NCBI GenBank assembly: GCA_002104905.1
Contig: MCFE01000348.1
Coordinates: 25,434-89,433, forward strand
Direction: 5' to 3'
DNA from: Basidiobolus meristosporus CBS 931.73
Lineage: Eukaryota > Fungi > Basidiobolomycota
Length of the DNA: 64,000 nucleotides
Notes under the pieces: model-generated
The model's database searches: none
Told to the model about the DNA's origin: nothing
The model's input: the letters and a program-made list of their open reading frames with translations, nothing else
Part shown: positions 38,113-50,800 of the stretch, piece by piece
Numbering within the stretch: the stretch's first letter is position 1
How the letters are laid out: every line of letters begins with the position of its first letter
Translations under genes and position numbers: made by a program

Positions 38113-38252
38113 CTGGAATTTGGTTGCTTTAATAGACTTTCTCGACAGTTGCATTACAAATAACCACCCAACCAACACTTGCCATCCCGAGGGGAGCTCT
38201 GGTATAAAGAGAGCTGGCGCACGCCTGTCCCACAGTATTCAACCCAACCAAC

Positions 38253-38631
38253 ATGGCCATCCAACACATCCACAGCGTATCTGAATTCGAAGAGTTGCTC
38301 AAGAGCGACAAATACGTCATCGTCGACTTCTTCGCCACCTGGTGCGGGTATGTATTCTGTGTCCACCGGATGATCACCAGACTTGGTACTAACCACATGG
38401 ATTTCTAGACCTTGCAAGATGATCGCCCCCAAGTTCGAGAAACTCGCCGGAGATTTCCCCAACGCCATCTTCGCCAAAGTGGATGTTGACGAGCTGCCGG
38501 ACATCGCTGCATCGGCGTCGGTCCGTTCCATGCCAACCTTCCATATTTATAAGGATGGTCAGAAGGTCGATGTGATCGTTGGTGCCAATCCTACCAAATT
38601 AATTGGTGCGGTGACCGCAGTCCTGGCATGA
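38253..38631 (+). CDS. TRX: Thioredoxin, 2 exons
   Basis: VIVDFFATWCG|PCKMIAP with intron 38348-38408 splitting the WCGPC motif; TATAAA at 38203. Confidence 0.97.
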
Positions 38632-38711
38632 TCGTTATGTAATGTTACACTTTTAGTTAAATAAATTCCGCTTTTTATTCCTTGTTCGGCTGTGGTGTAG
38701 AGAGGGGCAGC

Positions 38712-40191
38712 TCAGTAGCCCAGCTCCTTCTTGCGAAGCGACAGTGCTTTGGTTCGCATCTCGAACCACCACTCGGGAACCCGTGAGATGGCCCCATTGG
38801 TAAGGTCGGAGAGACGGTTGCAATATTCCACCTCTTTGGGTCCCTTGAGGATGTGCCCATCTCTTCCAGGCGCTAACTCGGTTAACCTTTGATACCATTC
38901 CCTCATCTCCTTTCGTCCAGGGAGATCGGTTTTTCCGGCAAACACCTGAGCAACGTATGTCGACTGATATTGGAACAGTGGGAACGGGACCACTTTCACC
39001 GGTAGCCCAATAAAGGCCAATGTGGGGTTGGGGATGTAGAAGATTTGTTCGTATACGTTGTGCACCTTCATTCCGTCGGTGATGATCACTTCCTCCTCTT
39101 CAACCTTGGTGTTGGTTCGCTCGAATTGACTCAGAAATGGGTAGGAATAAAGGTAACCAGTGGCAAAGAGTATGATGTCTGGTATGTCCAACTGGGTCCC
39201 ATCCACAAAATGTATCTTATTGTTGGCCACGTCAATCAGCTTCATTTCGGGTTTGATTTCAATCCTGTTGTCTGAGGCCGACCCGGTTCCCGGGGCTTCA
39301 CCTATATCGGCACTTCCCTCCTTCTCTCTGATAGACTGATATACATTCTTACACTGAAATGATAAATCGCGCGCAATATCGATGGCGGAAGATGCTCCAC
39401 CTACTACCAGCACCACCTTGCAAGAGAGACACATGTCATGAGATCCTGCATCAATAGCATACACATCGTCAGGTCCACTCTACCTTCCCCTTGAAGTCTT
39501 CTGGTTTTTTGTATTCTCTAGAATGCAACAACTTGTCGGGCCGTTTCTCTGAGAGTTCGTCCAATCCATTGATATTTGGTATGAAGGGAACGTAGTAGTG
39601 CCCTGAGCAGACTATGACTGCGTCAAACGCCTCGGTGGATATTTCCCCCTCGGTGAGTAAGGTTAGTTTCCATTCCTCATCCAGATAATCCATATGCTGA
39701 ACTATGGTGTTGAACGTTACTAAAGGTAGAAGCTTATTTTCCTCGGCGAAAGCCTCCAAGTTTTCCAAGACATGGCTGTGGCTTGGGAAAAGCGGCGTGT
39801 CCTCTGGGAAAGGATGGTTCTTGAAGGACATCACAGGATGAGGAAGGTTTGTCCTCAAAGTGCTGTAAATACTGCTGTTATAGTGGCGAGGGGGCGCCTC
39901 CGGATCAGCAATCAACGGATCCACACTTGGAAAATAAACTTTCGGGCCTTTCTTATCTGAGTATATCCTAAAGGAAGAATCAGTACCAGCCGAAAACCCA
40001 CGAGGACTGCCCATATCTCACCAAGTCCCGCCAATTCGAGAGTTTCGCTCGAAGATTTTGATTTCAGCGAAGTGTTGTTGGCTAACCAGTGACTTGGCAG
40101 TTGCCAGTCCAGCAGCACCGGCGCCAATGATAGCTATGCGTTTAATTGGCTTGGTAAAGCGATAGGCATGTGCTGGAGGTAAGACAGTCAT
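38712..40191 (-). CDS. FMO1: Flavin-containing monooxygenase (fungal FMO1-type), 3 exons
   Basis: IAIIGAGAAGL, IGGTW, CSGHY, LLHSREYK, VVGGASSAID, ATGY motifs. Confidence 0.93.
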
Positions 40192-40509
40192 GGTCACTTG
40201 GTACTTGTAAACACAAACGTAAGCTACTTTTCTGGTGGAAAGCAACGAGGCGTTTGAGGTATTTATGCAACGTCACGAAATGATGGGATTGTCCGCCATC
40301 CCGGTGTAACACGACTATCATATTTCGGAGTCCAACATCAATGTAGTCATCGAGTTCCAATACTCTATTCAGCTTGGTTATTCCGTTTTCCAGCTGAAGT
40401 TCGACTGCGTGATAATTAGATCTTTTAAATCATTCGAGTATATGTCAAATGGGGTAATATCCATCAAACGGATTTATATCTCCATCGTTACTCATTCATT
40501 GTTTATCTG

Positions 40510-42306
40510 ATGGATGTAAGGGTGCCAAGTCTGGTAGCTTTAACTATCCAGATAGTAGCCAGTTTTCCCCCTGGTCGTATTTTTCGGTGTGTATGGCCCG
40601 CCTTACGAAGATCCTGGCGTCAGCAAGTCCTGAAGTTGTTGTCACCCCTGCAGTTGCTTATCCTAGACGAATTACTTGCAACTAGTGGCGATAATAGCGC
40701 AATTCCTTGGCCTAGTTCACATACCCCAGGCACTTCAGGAACCAAGGAGGAGTACTGCGAAAAACTATGGAAGCAGCATTGGTCCGATATAGTATTTCTT
40801 CATCAGCCAGACGTCCAGAACGCTGGCTGTGAGCGAGATTGTGCTTTGGAGAGAGTAGCAGCCGAATTGTTTTTCTGGAGCCGGCCATCTCGGCCCGGTC
40901 ATGAAGACAAACGCATAAAGCATCTATCACTTAGTTCAAAGCTAAGCAGTCTGTTGCAAACGCCTGGCTGGACCGACATTCTACTGTCAGGGGAGTTTGT
41001 GGAGGACAAGACACCCTTGGATTTGGTGTTCTCCTTGATCCTCAAAAACGTTCAAACACTCAAACTTCATCACAGCTTTCTTTCTCGAACGCGGCTGGAG
41101 CCTGTACTAAGGAAGCTTACTGGTGTCCGCCACTTGGAGTTCCACACCTTACTTACACAACCGGAGATCGGCCAAAACGTCAAGCTTTTGTTCCAGAATT
41201 GCGACCCAAGGAAGCTGACCCGAGTGGGCTTTCTATTTTGCAAGTTGCATGACCACGGTGTGTTTCGAGAGATTCTGGAATCCCTGGCAGCGCTGTTCGA
41301 CGTGTCTTTTGAGTACAAGCTTCACTTGGAGCTGGTGTCGACCAGGATTCATACTGCATCCATTGATGTTCTGGGTAGCTTTCTGTCCAGAATAGCTGTT
41401 CATACACTCCGTTTGTCGTCGAATGACTCGGACGATCTAGAGATCGGATACTTGGTCGACAAGGCAATCAACAAAGCCCCACACATAACCGAGATCAGAA
41501 TCACTGATAATGAAGTTGGCGAGGCGACCTTGAAAATCCTCGGCGATCTACTGTCGTCACCAGGGTGTCAGATGGCGACCTTGGATTTGGCCAACTGCGA
41601 TCTGGATGGATGCGCCATACCGCACCTAACCAAGAGTCTTTGCGTTAACAAGTCGCTTCGTACCCTGGACATTTCCGATTCTAGTTTAGGCCCGCGTGGT
41701 TCACAGGCTTTTCAGGAGGCCTTTCAATGCAACAGAGGGATCCGCCACATCAATCTGGATCATTGTCAGCCAGGAGTTGACGGTAGCGCACGTCTTTTGG
41801 AGGGACTGCTAGGCTGTAGCGAGTTGGAGAGTGTCTCTTTTCTCGGGAACTTCATCAACAACGAGGAGTCCTTCCGAGCCCTCTTGAGGCTCTTGACACT
41901 GCATCCGGCCCTGCAACATATGAGCATTGATTTTTGCTTCAGCAATGCCACTGGGTTTTCCTTGAGCGACCGGCTGTTCCATTCTCTTTCGCGCGTCACC
42001 CTGAACTCGTTGTCGCTTCCGAATAGCCGGTTTTCTGACAGAGCCATTGAGCCTTTGGTGAGACAGATCCAGGGCCACAACCTCCATCTCTTGCAGATAA
42101 ATTTGTGCGGCAACCATGTCACCGACGTAGGACTGGACCAACTTTCCATAGCGCTGGCATCGGGCCCCAATTCCAGGCTGGTTCTAAACCTCGCCCACAA
42201 CCGCACCACCAAACCCAGCAGCCACCCCAACATCAGGCTGCTGAATGAGAATCCTACCCGCGGAAGGATCCGAATGACTTCCCATGATGGGTTTGACGAA
42301 TGGTAG
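40510..42306 (+). CDS. RNI-like leucine-rich-repeat protein with a BC-box-like N-terminus
   Basis: 598-aa single ORF; repeats LRLSSND, LDLANCDL, LDISDSSLG, INLDHC, LSFLGN, INLCGN. Confidence 0.85.
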   Translation: MDVRVPSLVALTIQIVASFPPGRIFRCVWPALRRSWRQQVLKLLSPLQLLILDELLATSGDNSAIPWPSSHTPGTSGTKEEYCEKLWKQHWSDIVFLHQPDVQNAGCERDCALERVAAELFFWSRPSRPGHEDKRIKHLSLSSKLSSLLQTPGWTDILLSGEFVEDKTPLDLVFSLILKNVQTLKLHHSFLSRTRLEPVLRKLTGVRHLEFHTLLTQPEIGQNVKLLFQNCDPRKLTRVGFLFCKLHDHGVFREILESLAALFDVSFEYKLHLELVSTRIHTASIDVLGSFLSRIAVHTLRLSSNDSDDLEIGYLVDKAINKAPHITEIRITDNEVGEATLKILGDLLSSPGCQMATLDLANCDLDGCAIPHLTKSLCVNKSLRTLDISDSSLGPRGSQAFQEAFQCNRGIRHINLDHCQPGVDGSARLLEGLLGCSELESVSFLGNFINNEESFRALLRLLTLHPALQHMSIDFCFSNATGFSLSDRLFHSLSRVTLNSLSLPNSRFSDRAIEPLVRQIQGHNLHLLQINLCGNHVTDVGLDQLSIALASGPNSRLVLNLAHNRTTKPSSHPNIRLLNENPTRGRIRMTSHDGFDEW

Positions 42307-42520
42307 TCCTCGGAGCTACAAGAAAATCAATAAAGCGTGCTCTCACCAGTATGTCGTACATCGAATTCATTTGGTGCGTTTGATTGGTTGTAAGGCCTAG
42401 CACATGTAATCAGGACCAGGGGCATTCTCCACTTGTGGGGGCAAGCGGGTACCATCTTTCCACAAGTTGCTGTAAGGATGGCTACGTTTTGGTTGAGGCA
42501 AAGTAGGGCTGTCAGACCTC

Positions 42521-43551
42521 ATGCCTCGTACACAAGTAGAAGCTCTTTGGTACGTGTGCTCAACTGGAACCGAAGAGTTTGCACTTCAACTTACTTTGCT
42601 CTTTGTTCCAGAATGCGCTGCTTTCCTTCAACAGGGAATACAGCACCAACCAGGCCAGAAGCAAAACAGTTGCCGCGTGCATCATCGGAGACGAGATTCT
42701 CAGCGGAAAAACCAGAGATAGCAACTCTCATTTCTTAGGTCAGTGGGCCAAGGCGAGGTTCATTTGCGATAACCGGGTTGGCTAATGTTGGCGTTCTTAG
42801 CGCAGTACTGTTTTGATCTGGGCTTGGATATGCGTCGGATTGAGGTGGTTCCGGACGTCACTGAGGACATAGTAGAAAGCGTCAGGCGTCTCTCGGCGAA
42901 CCACGATTACGTTTTCACCAGTGGTGGCATAGGTTCTCCCTTTCAATGGACTTTCTCCGTGTACACTCGATCCCTCTAACCAAGCTTCGACTTTCGGTAA
43001 TAGGCCCTACCCATGATGATATCACTTATGAAGCAATCGCTGAAGCATTCAACCAAAAGGTCGCCTATCATGAGCCTACCTTGGCTCGTATGCAACAGAT
43101 TTCACCACACCTGGAGCTTACACTACCTCGAAAGCGCATGGCACTACTTCCCGAAAAGGCCCAAGTATTCTATACCAGTCACTCTTTGTGGGTTCCACTG
43201 GCTATCGTGTCGAATGTATACATATTGCCAGGAGTGCCCAAGCTATTCAAGCTGATGTTGGAAGATTACCGGCCTAGCATAGCCACAGAGCTGTCAGGCA
43301 CGGCCAAGTTCCATCGCAAACTGATTGGCACTCTCTGGATGGAGTCCAAGATAGCGCAGGTCCTAAGCGAAGCCCAAAACAACGTCGGGGCGGAAGTCAA
43401 GATCGGCAGCTATCCGAAATGGAAAAACGACACCGTGAACGTGGTCATCTCGTTTGTAGGCAAGGACCTCTCCAAGGTGGAGTCATGCGCCGATCTGGTC
43501 AAGACCAAGATCGAGGGCTTCGACATGAAGGATAATGACAACCCCGTTTAG
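42521..43551 (+). CDS. MoaB/Mog (CinA-N) domain protein, FPY1/FAD diphosphatase-like, multi-exon (start uncertain)
   Basis: CIIGDEILSGKTRDSN, VFTSGGIG|PTHDDIT, LPGVP.LF, IGSYP. Confidence 0.85.
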
Positions 43552-43810
43552 CAAACAGTGTGTAAACCCACCAAGAGTCAACTGTATATATCCAGCTCAC
43601 CCATTTGACCTGTATCTCGCTGGATCGTAAAGATTAAAGCAACCTCCGAAGCTTGGTTTAGAGTTGTCGTATGCGTGAAATACCCAGCATACCCTTTATT
43701 GTACAGGTAACCAATTTACAAGAAGTGGAAAGTTCGTTCATGGCGTATCTCGCGAATCATAGCTACCTTCTCACCACCCCGTGAAGAGCATGGGGAAAGC
43801 CAACAAACGG

Positions 43811-44609
43811 TTATATGAACAGTTTGATTACGTCTTTGGCTTTCAGCCGCTTGTTGCAGCATGGACACTTTTTCATCTCCACCACCCTGTCAACACAATC
43901 TTGGCAGAAGACATGACCACACCCAGTGGCGTGCATGCTTTGTGGGCGTTGCTCGCACTTGGCACACACAATCAAGCCATCTTGTTCGGTCGGAACATTG
44001 ATGCTGTAGCCTTTCCCTTCGAGTTTGGTCAAATTCTCAGGGACCTTCGTTGGACGAGGGCGCTCTACCGGTGGCGGGGTCGGGCTGTGGTTGAACTCAG
44101 TCTCGCCAGTATGGAACAGGTGAAAAGTTTCGGGAAGCGGAAAAGTTGAGTCGATCGGCATAAGGTTCCGGCCAAACAGATTCTCGAACGCTGTTAGGAG
44201 GGTTGGGATTAGATTTAGAGTTGGCTTACTATGGTTGGCGGTTGCGAACGAATACTGGCTCTACCATACCATGTATGAATCGGAAGTCTGAATAAACCGA
44301 GTTCAAGAAATCGTAACGAGGCGATCGTCGACGGCGGGGATTAGGGCGTCTACTAGCCCGTTGATTGCGACCGGAGCTTGGTGCGCTGCGTGTGTTGGGA
44401 AGAGTCGAGTGTGTGGTGGGCCGCACCTCCGGCTCATCGTCACTCTCGATGGTTATCACTTGCGACTCTGCCTGTGCGTTAGTTCGTGGGCGCCAAGACG
44501 GAGCGTTAGGCGTCAGGTCAATGACTTCACTTGGGCCTGAAGGCTCGGAAGGTCGGAAATCTACATTATGGCTGGCGATGGGAATGGGCATACTGTCTAG
44601 ATCGTCCAT
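43811..44609 (-). CDS. C3HC4 RING ligase with SIM-like motifs (RNF4/Slx8-like STUbL); further 5' exons likely up to ~45300
   Basis: C-terminal CAKC..CGHVFC..C..CPCC..KLFI; VIDLT and VITIESDD motifs. Confidence 0.75.
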
Positions 44610-46477
44610 GATATACTGTTAGCTTAAGGCCTTACTGCGAGTTAAAGCCAGATGTAATACTTGAGGTGGATGGGATTGGGGTTTCTGGGGCATCTTGTGC
44701 CCAGGGGTTTTGGTCGGTGTTTAGGATGTCTGCAACGCATGTGCCGTGTTATGCTGCTGGTTAGAGTATTCGTAAATCAAGTGGACCGTACCTGTTGATT
44801 CAACCAGGTTTGCGATCTTCATGTCCCTATTGGAAGGACGTTGCCGCTAGAAAACAGTTAGCCATCCGTTGTGCTTGGAATGGGGGGAATTAGCGTTTAC
44901 TTTGGATGTCTCAGCGATCGACATGGCAACCATATTTGAATTACGCATTGATTGTTCTGCAGGATGTCAGATATATCGACAGACCAGGGAAATAGGCAGA
45001 CAAACCTTGCGAATCGCTTGTGAATCTTGAATGTCCAGGCTCGTGGTATTTCGAATGGTCGCCGTTTGGCTGGTGAATAAGATGTTAGATGTTATAGCCA
45101 CACTTTCTATTGTATAAGTGTTTCTTGGTTACCAGGTTAGATGATGAGTTGGATGCTATCGATATTGCGATGGTTAGCCATATCGTACACATAAAGTATT
45201 ATCTTTTGCCTTGGCTTACCAAGGGATGGTTTCTGACGATCTTCAGCAGCTTTCTCCGACTTGGGTTGTGTATGCTTATCAAAAACGTCAGCATTGGCAT
45301 TGGTATAGGCTAAGTTTTTAGGGTTTCCTTCTCACCATTTCAAAAGCGGTTGTTCTAACACGCGCTGATAGAGAGATTTAGCAAACACCTTCAACTCGAT
45401 TGCGTAGTGAATCTGCCGCTTTACTTGGGGGTTGTTTGTCTTCGTATTTTGTTATCGGTGTAGGCCTTGTTATACGGTTGTTACGATCCAAAGTGGTGTG
45501 CGAAGTGGAAGCTTGAGAAAACTTGCTCGGGGAGGAAATCAGGTAAGGGAGCACTTCGGAAAGGTTAACACCCAAAGACTAACCTCAGAAACATCAAATT
45601 CTGGCTGCCTTGAGTCTTGATGGGGGTTTTCTACCAGATTTCCTAGGAACAACTCGAAATTTAGCCCTCTCTCAAACTAACGCTCAAAGGAAGCCCGCGG
45701 TACTTCTGTTATCTACGACGGGGAATTTTCGCTTGTGATCCTCTGTGTTATTGATCCCAGCTTTGGCCATGGATTGGGGGTTTTACTGTACTGTATTAGG
45801 CTCGAAAGGAACTAGGGAGAATACCTTTAAATACTTTGGTGGTTAACAATCGCTCTATTGTGTCAAAATAATCACAAGTAATCATTCTAATTAGGTGAAG
45901 TAAATCAAGAAAATATACATCGTTACGAAGCGTACCATACTTGCCGATTGCACGTGATCAGAACATGAAGATTTTGATTTTTGAAGGTGGATATACGTAT
46001 TCTTAAGATCCATTCTTTTTAATATACTTGAGATTTACTATTGCTTTGGTATATCGCCAGCCATTAGAGTTTCAAAAGTTTTGCACACTTAATCCAACTG
46101 TACCTGTAAGAATATCTCAGCAATATCATCCATGAAAACGAAGCGATTTATATTCAAAGGTCCATAGAATATGATTTAAGTGACCAAGTTGACGGAATAT
46201 TTAGGAGTAAATCCAAAACTTAAAACAGTAAACTCAGCAAGAAAATCAAGTTTGAGCTTTTGGCTTAAGAGTAGCTTTCTGTACTAGATCAGTGCAGGGT
46301 TTTCTTATCGATACGTTTACTCATATAATTTAGCTTCATATTCGTATTCTTGCAAATGCTGAGTTTACAACTAAATTACTCATATACTTGTAACTCCATC
46401 TGGCTTGATGTTAGTTATGAATAGCTTACATATAATGTAATATAACTGTTTGGGCAACTTTGAGATTTCCAATGTCC

Positions 46478-46773
46478 TGGGTACCTGATATTTTGGTAAA
46501 AATATTTAAAGTAAATCCCGACAAGGAATATGATCAGAACTCTCTAAGATTTGTAGGCAATGATCTTAGTGACTAAGTTAGGTGAGTATTTAGGTGTATA
46601 CGAAATTTACAACAAACAACTCCCAGACTTTTTAAAGGTACCTGATGTTTTGGTGAGAATAATCCAAATAAATCCCGACAAGGAATTTGCTCAGAATTCT
46701 CCAAGATTTGTAGGTAATGATATAAGTGACTAAGTTAGGTGAATATTTAGGTGCAATTGCGAATTTTACAACA
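46478..46773 (-). repeat. Two tandem half-copies of the copia LTR
   Basis: gtacctgat.ttttggt..aaatcccgacaagg..tacaaca occurs twice (ending 46614 and 46773); same orientation as 56667-57003. Confidence 0.7.
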
Positions 46774-47845
46774 TAGCAGTGATGCATTCTTGACTTTTTT
46801 TAGTCAAATAAAAAGATCAGTTAGTGACCATTGAGGCTATAACTATGCCAATTCATCGAATTAGCAAGTTCCTGGAAGTCATTGAATTTGTTGTAATCTT
46901 GGATTTGACCTAATACTCTCTACACCACCTCCTGAAACTATTTTTAGAGCACTCTTGTTACTAGTTCCCCCAGTGAAAAAAACTTTCAGAGCAAGTGGAA
47001 TACCCACAGATGCCACAGTCTCCTTCAAGTAATAACTTAGAGCATTTGAAGTTCCTGCCTCCCTGATGACAAGTAGACATATTCCCCGTGAAGGACCCGA
47101 GCCAGAGAAACCTGCATACCAAGTTTAGTACCAGCTGGTTCACTGATTCTAGAGTCACAAACATCTAAAAAACTGAATGAAAAGTACCACAGCAATGTCA
47201 GTCAAATACCATTGGAATATCATAGGAAAGCCAGCAGAATACTTTATGCAATCCAAATTTGAAAATTTTCACAGGGGTTTGCAAAGTTCTCTCACAGATA
47301 TCAAGAAAATATCATACAAGCACTGTTGGATTAATGATAAGTTTATTTTGATAGAAGAAGTATACTGTATCATAAACTTTGCAACAAACCCAAGTTTAAT
47401 ATTGCGGGTATTCATGGCATATTTGGAAACCACTGAGTGGGCAAGCTTTCATGAGCCAAGATGCGCACTGATTAGTGTCATATTCACACACCTATTGAGG
47501 ATTTAAGCGATAGAATAAGATTACAAGGCAAAGAGCAACCCATTTTGAATGCAGAATCTATGTCATTGGAGGATTTTTTCATTTATTTCATACAGATCAA
47601 GTGCGGAAATGGTTATTTTCTGATCAAGAGGAACTCCATGCACGATCTGAACATTTGAGGAATAGTCGAGCTATTTATATAGATTATCCTCGATTGGAAT
47701 AGTCATTTGGATATATATATATATGTAGAGAAAAGAGCTGCGTGGGAAAAATACAAACTTATCATGGCTAGTGATAGAAATGAAGTGCCTAGCTGGCTGT
47801 AGCCTTTACTTTTATGATAGATTATAACATTTGCTATACATTGAC

Positions 47846-50800
47846 CTAACCCCATACATCCTCGTTATACTTTCCATCGTGTTGTAGTCTCTGGAAGTAT
47901 TCATTGGCTTCTTCCTTCTCTAGTCCTCCAACCTGCTCAAAGATGGAAAGCATCGTGGCGCCAACATCCTTTGCCATACCGGAGGCCGAACCGCATACGT
48001 AGAGCGCTCCTTTCTTGTTATGGAGCACATCCCAGACCAAGACCGAGTGGGCTAGCAATTGATGTTGAACATACTTTTTGGCTTCACCAGTACGCGAGAA
48101 TGCGACCACCAGCTTGTCGAGAGTCCGACATTGACGAACTCCTCCAGCTCTTCCTGGTAAATGAAATCCTGCTCTGGTGAACGGCAGCCAAAAAACATGT
48201 ACGTTTCCGATACACCTCCCTTACTTACGGATTTGCAGCCATTGAGTTGACGCTCCTGAAGGAAGCCTCGGAAGGGTGAAACCCCTGTACCTGCACATAC
48301 CATGATTACCGGAACCTTTGGATCTTTAGGGAGATGGAAGATCTCTTTCACCCCACGGACATTTGCCCGAACCTGGCTTCCCAACGTACGCCTGGACAAG
48401 AAGCCTGAACAAAGTCCGGTGTATTTCCTATCTTCATACCCAATATCCTCAGCTACGCCTACGCATAGGTGGGCGACATTCTTGTAGATCTGTGGGCAAC
48501 TTGCGATGGAGTATCTGCGCTTGGCCATGGTGGACATACCGCACAGGAAACTCCGGAAATCGAGTTTCTTGACCATTGGGAAGTTTCGGATCAGGTCCAT
48601 CATACACCGGTTCTTCCGGATGAATTGCATATAAGCTTCATTGCCCTGTTCCCCCGATTGGCACATATTTTCCAGGTACTTCCTCTCTAGTTCCGGGTGA
48701 GTGTCGGCTATGGCAGATACACAGATGCCAATGAATTGACGAGAGGGAGCTGCGTGAAGATCTGCGTAGTACGTCAACGCGTCGCGAATAGTGCACGGAC
48801 CCTTTATACTCGCTGCCAAGGAACGTGAGCTCAGGCCCGTGCTGGAGGCAGCATCGACGGTTACCTCGAATACTGCATCCAGAGCATATCCGAAGGTGGC
48901 TGCCACGGCTTCCACCACCTCTGGGTCATTCTCTGCCATGATTTCTAGATGATCTCCGGTGTTGTAGGATTGCCCCTCTGACAACTCGATTTCTAAATGA
49001 CGAGTGCTACGCTCACTTTTTGCTGACTGGAGTTCAACGTTCTTACGCACAATGGATGGCTGTCCGGAGTGTTGTTGCATTGGAGTGTCCGCCTGGGGGA
49101 TGTATTTCAATGATACGCCCTCAGTCGGGTTTGATGCCGCGGTGTTTGCAATGGAGCTTAGGTTAGCGCCATCCAATCCAAAGTCAGCTAATATCGAAGC
49201 GTAAAATCTGGCTAACCACTCGGTAAAGTCAGCATCAATATCAGCATCCGCATTACCAGCTCCAGCAGGAAACAATTGCTCCGCTCCCAAATACTCGAAT
49301 CTGTCATTCACCTTTTTGGGGAAAGCCTGGTACGTTCTCCACTGCACGTTGCCGCACCCGAATACCGCATACCGCAAGCCTTTAAGTGGGGTTTCATTTA
49401 CGCTGGTAGGAGCGCTGATGAACTTGTCGAAAAGCACTGCGTTATCAGGAGGTAGACCGTTGTAAGTACTGGTGATAACCAACACGATTGGAGAGTCTTG
49501 ATCTGTGCTTCCTGTGTATTTTCCACTGGTCAGCACCTCCCAGTCATCCAATGGGGTCACCTCAACGTCTTTGAATCCAAGATTTCTGGCGTTGCTGGCC
49601 ACCTTATTGGCGTATTCCTCAGACATCCCCATGTTGGAACCAAAAAGGACCGTGAACTTCGGCAGTTTCATGTCCGACGGAATGCTGGGTAGCGTCAGGG
49701 CGCTGGTGAGTTCGGTGAATGGAGTGGCAGTTTCGGACGGAGGCTGAGTGGTGGGCTGAGGGAAGGAGGTGCGGGGATGGATTCTGAAGTACAGATCTTT
49801 TGGTTTGATAATGTTACCAGAGCCAATGTCGTAGTGAACTGGGCGGTCGTCTGGAAGAGTGAACTCGAACTTTTTCAGCAGCATTGCCTGTAGGACCAAG
49901 GTTAGCAGGTGCGATGACCTTTGCCTCAATTCCACTTACCAGGATGATCTTCGCCTCTTGTAGTGCAAACTGCATACCAATGCATGCCCGCGGACCAGTA
50001 GAGAACGGCAACCAAGAGTACCGGGATCGCTTAGACTCCTCAACCGAACTGAAGCGGTCTGGGTTGAAAACCTCAGGGTCCTTCCTATCGGATACAAGAA
50101 ACAAGAGGTTATCGAAAGCAGCATGGATTTATCCATAGCGGACATACGTACCAGACGTTTGGGTTATGATGCAGAGAATACACATTGATCTGAGCCACCG
50201 TCCCCTTTTCAATGGCGTATCCGAATGGAAGTTTGCAATCCTTGATGCAGTACTTTTGCAAACTAGCTAAGGGAGGGTACATTCTGAGGGTTTCTTTCAA
50301 TACCTTCCGGATGACCGTTACTAACCTACACGCACAGCGTGGTCCAAGATTCAAGCAAATACCTGGGAGAGATACTTCAGCCCGGAGATTTGTTTGATGG
50401 TGGGCAGCTCGTCATCCGCGATCCCTACATTGGAGAGCTCTTGGAGAACCTTTTCCAGGACGGCTGGATGTCTGGCCAAATTGTACAAACACCAAGAGAG
50501 TGTATTCGATGTGGTCTCATGGCCAGCGATCAAGAAAGTGACCACTTGATCCCGAATCACCTCATCAGACAACTTTTGCCCAGTGGCTTTATCTCGAGCA
50601 TTCAACATAAATCCAAGAAGATCTTTGGAACTATCCTGTACGTCGGGGGAGTTCTTCCTTTGGATCATGACCTGTTGTCGTAGGTTAATGGCTGAAGCGC
50701 ACGGCTAACATGCTCGAACATACATCATCTACGGTGTCTTTCATTAGCTGCATCATGCGATCGAATTGGTAGTTGGACCAAATTGGTAGCTTCTTCCAAT

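Noticed and set aside
33616-44609. NSE2 SUMO ligase and SIM-RING ligase as a SUMO gene cluster
   Set aside because: They are ~9 kb apart with six unrelated genes between them, so there is no evidence beyond chance
45380-45720. Possible structured ncRNA (SRP, RNase P/MRP or telomerase RNA)
   Set aside because: No convincing conserved boxes or template found by eye; an Infernal/Rfam scan would be needed
46800-47510. LINE RT fragment
   Set aside because: Only faint hints (CRFLW.G, HQGG) in broken frames, which is insufficient support
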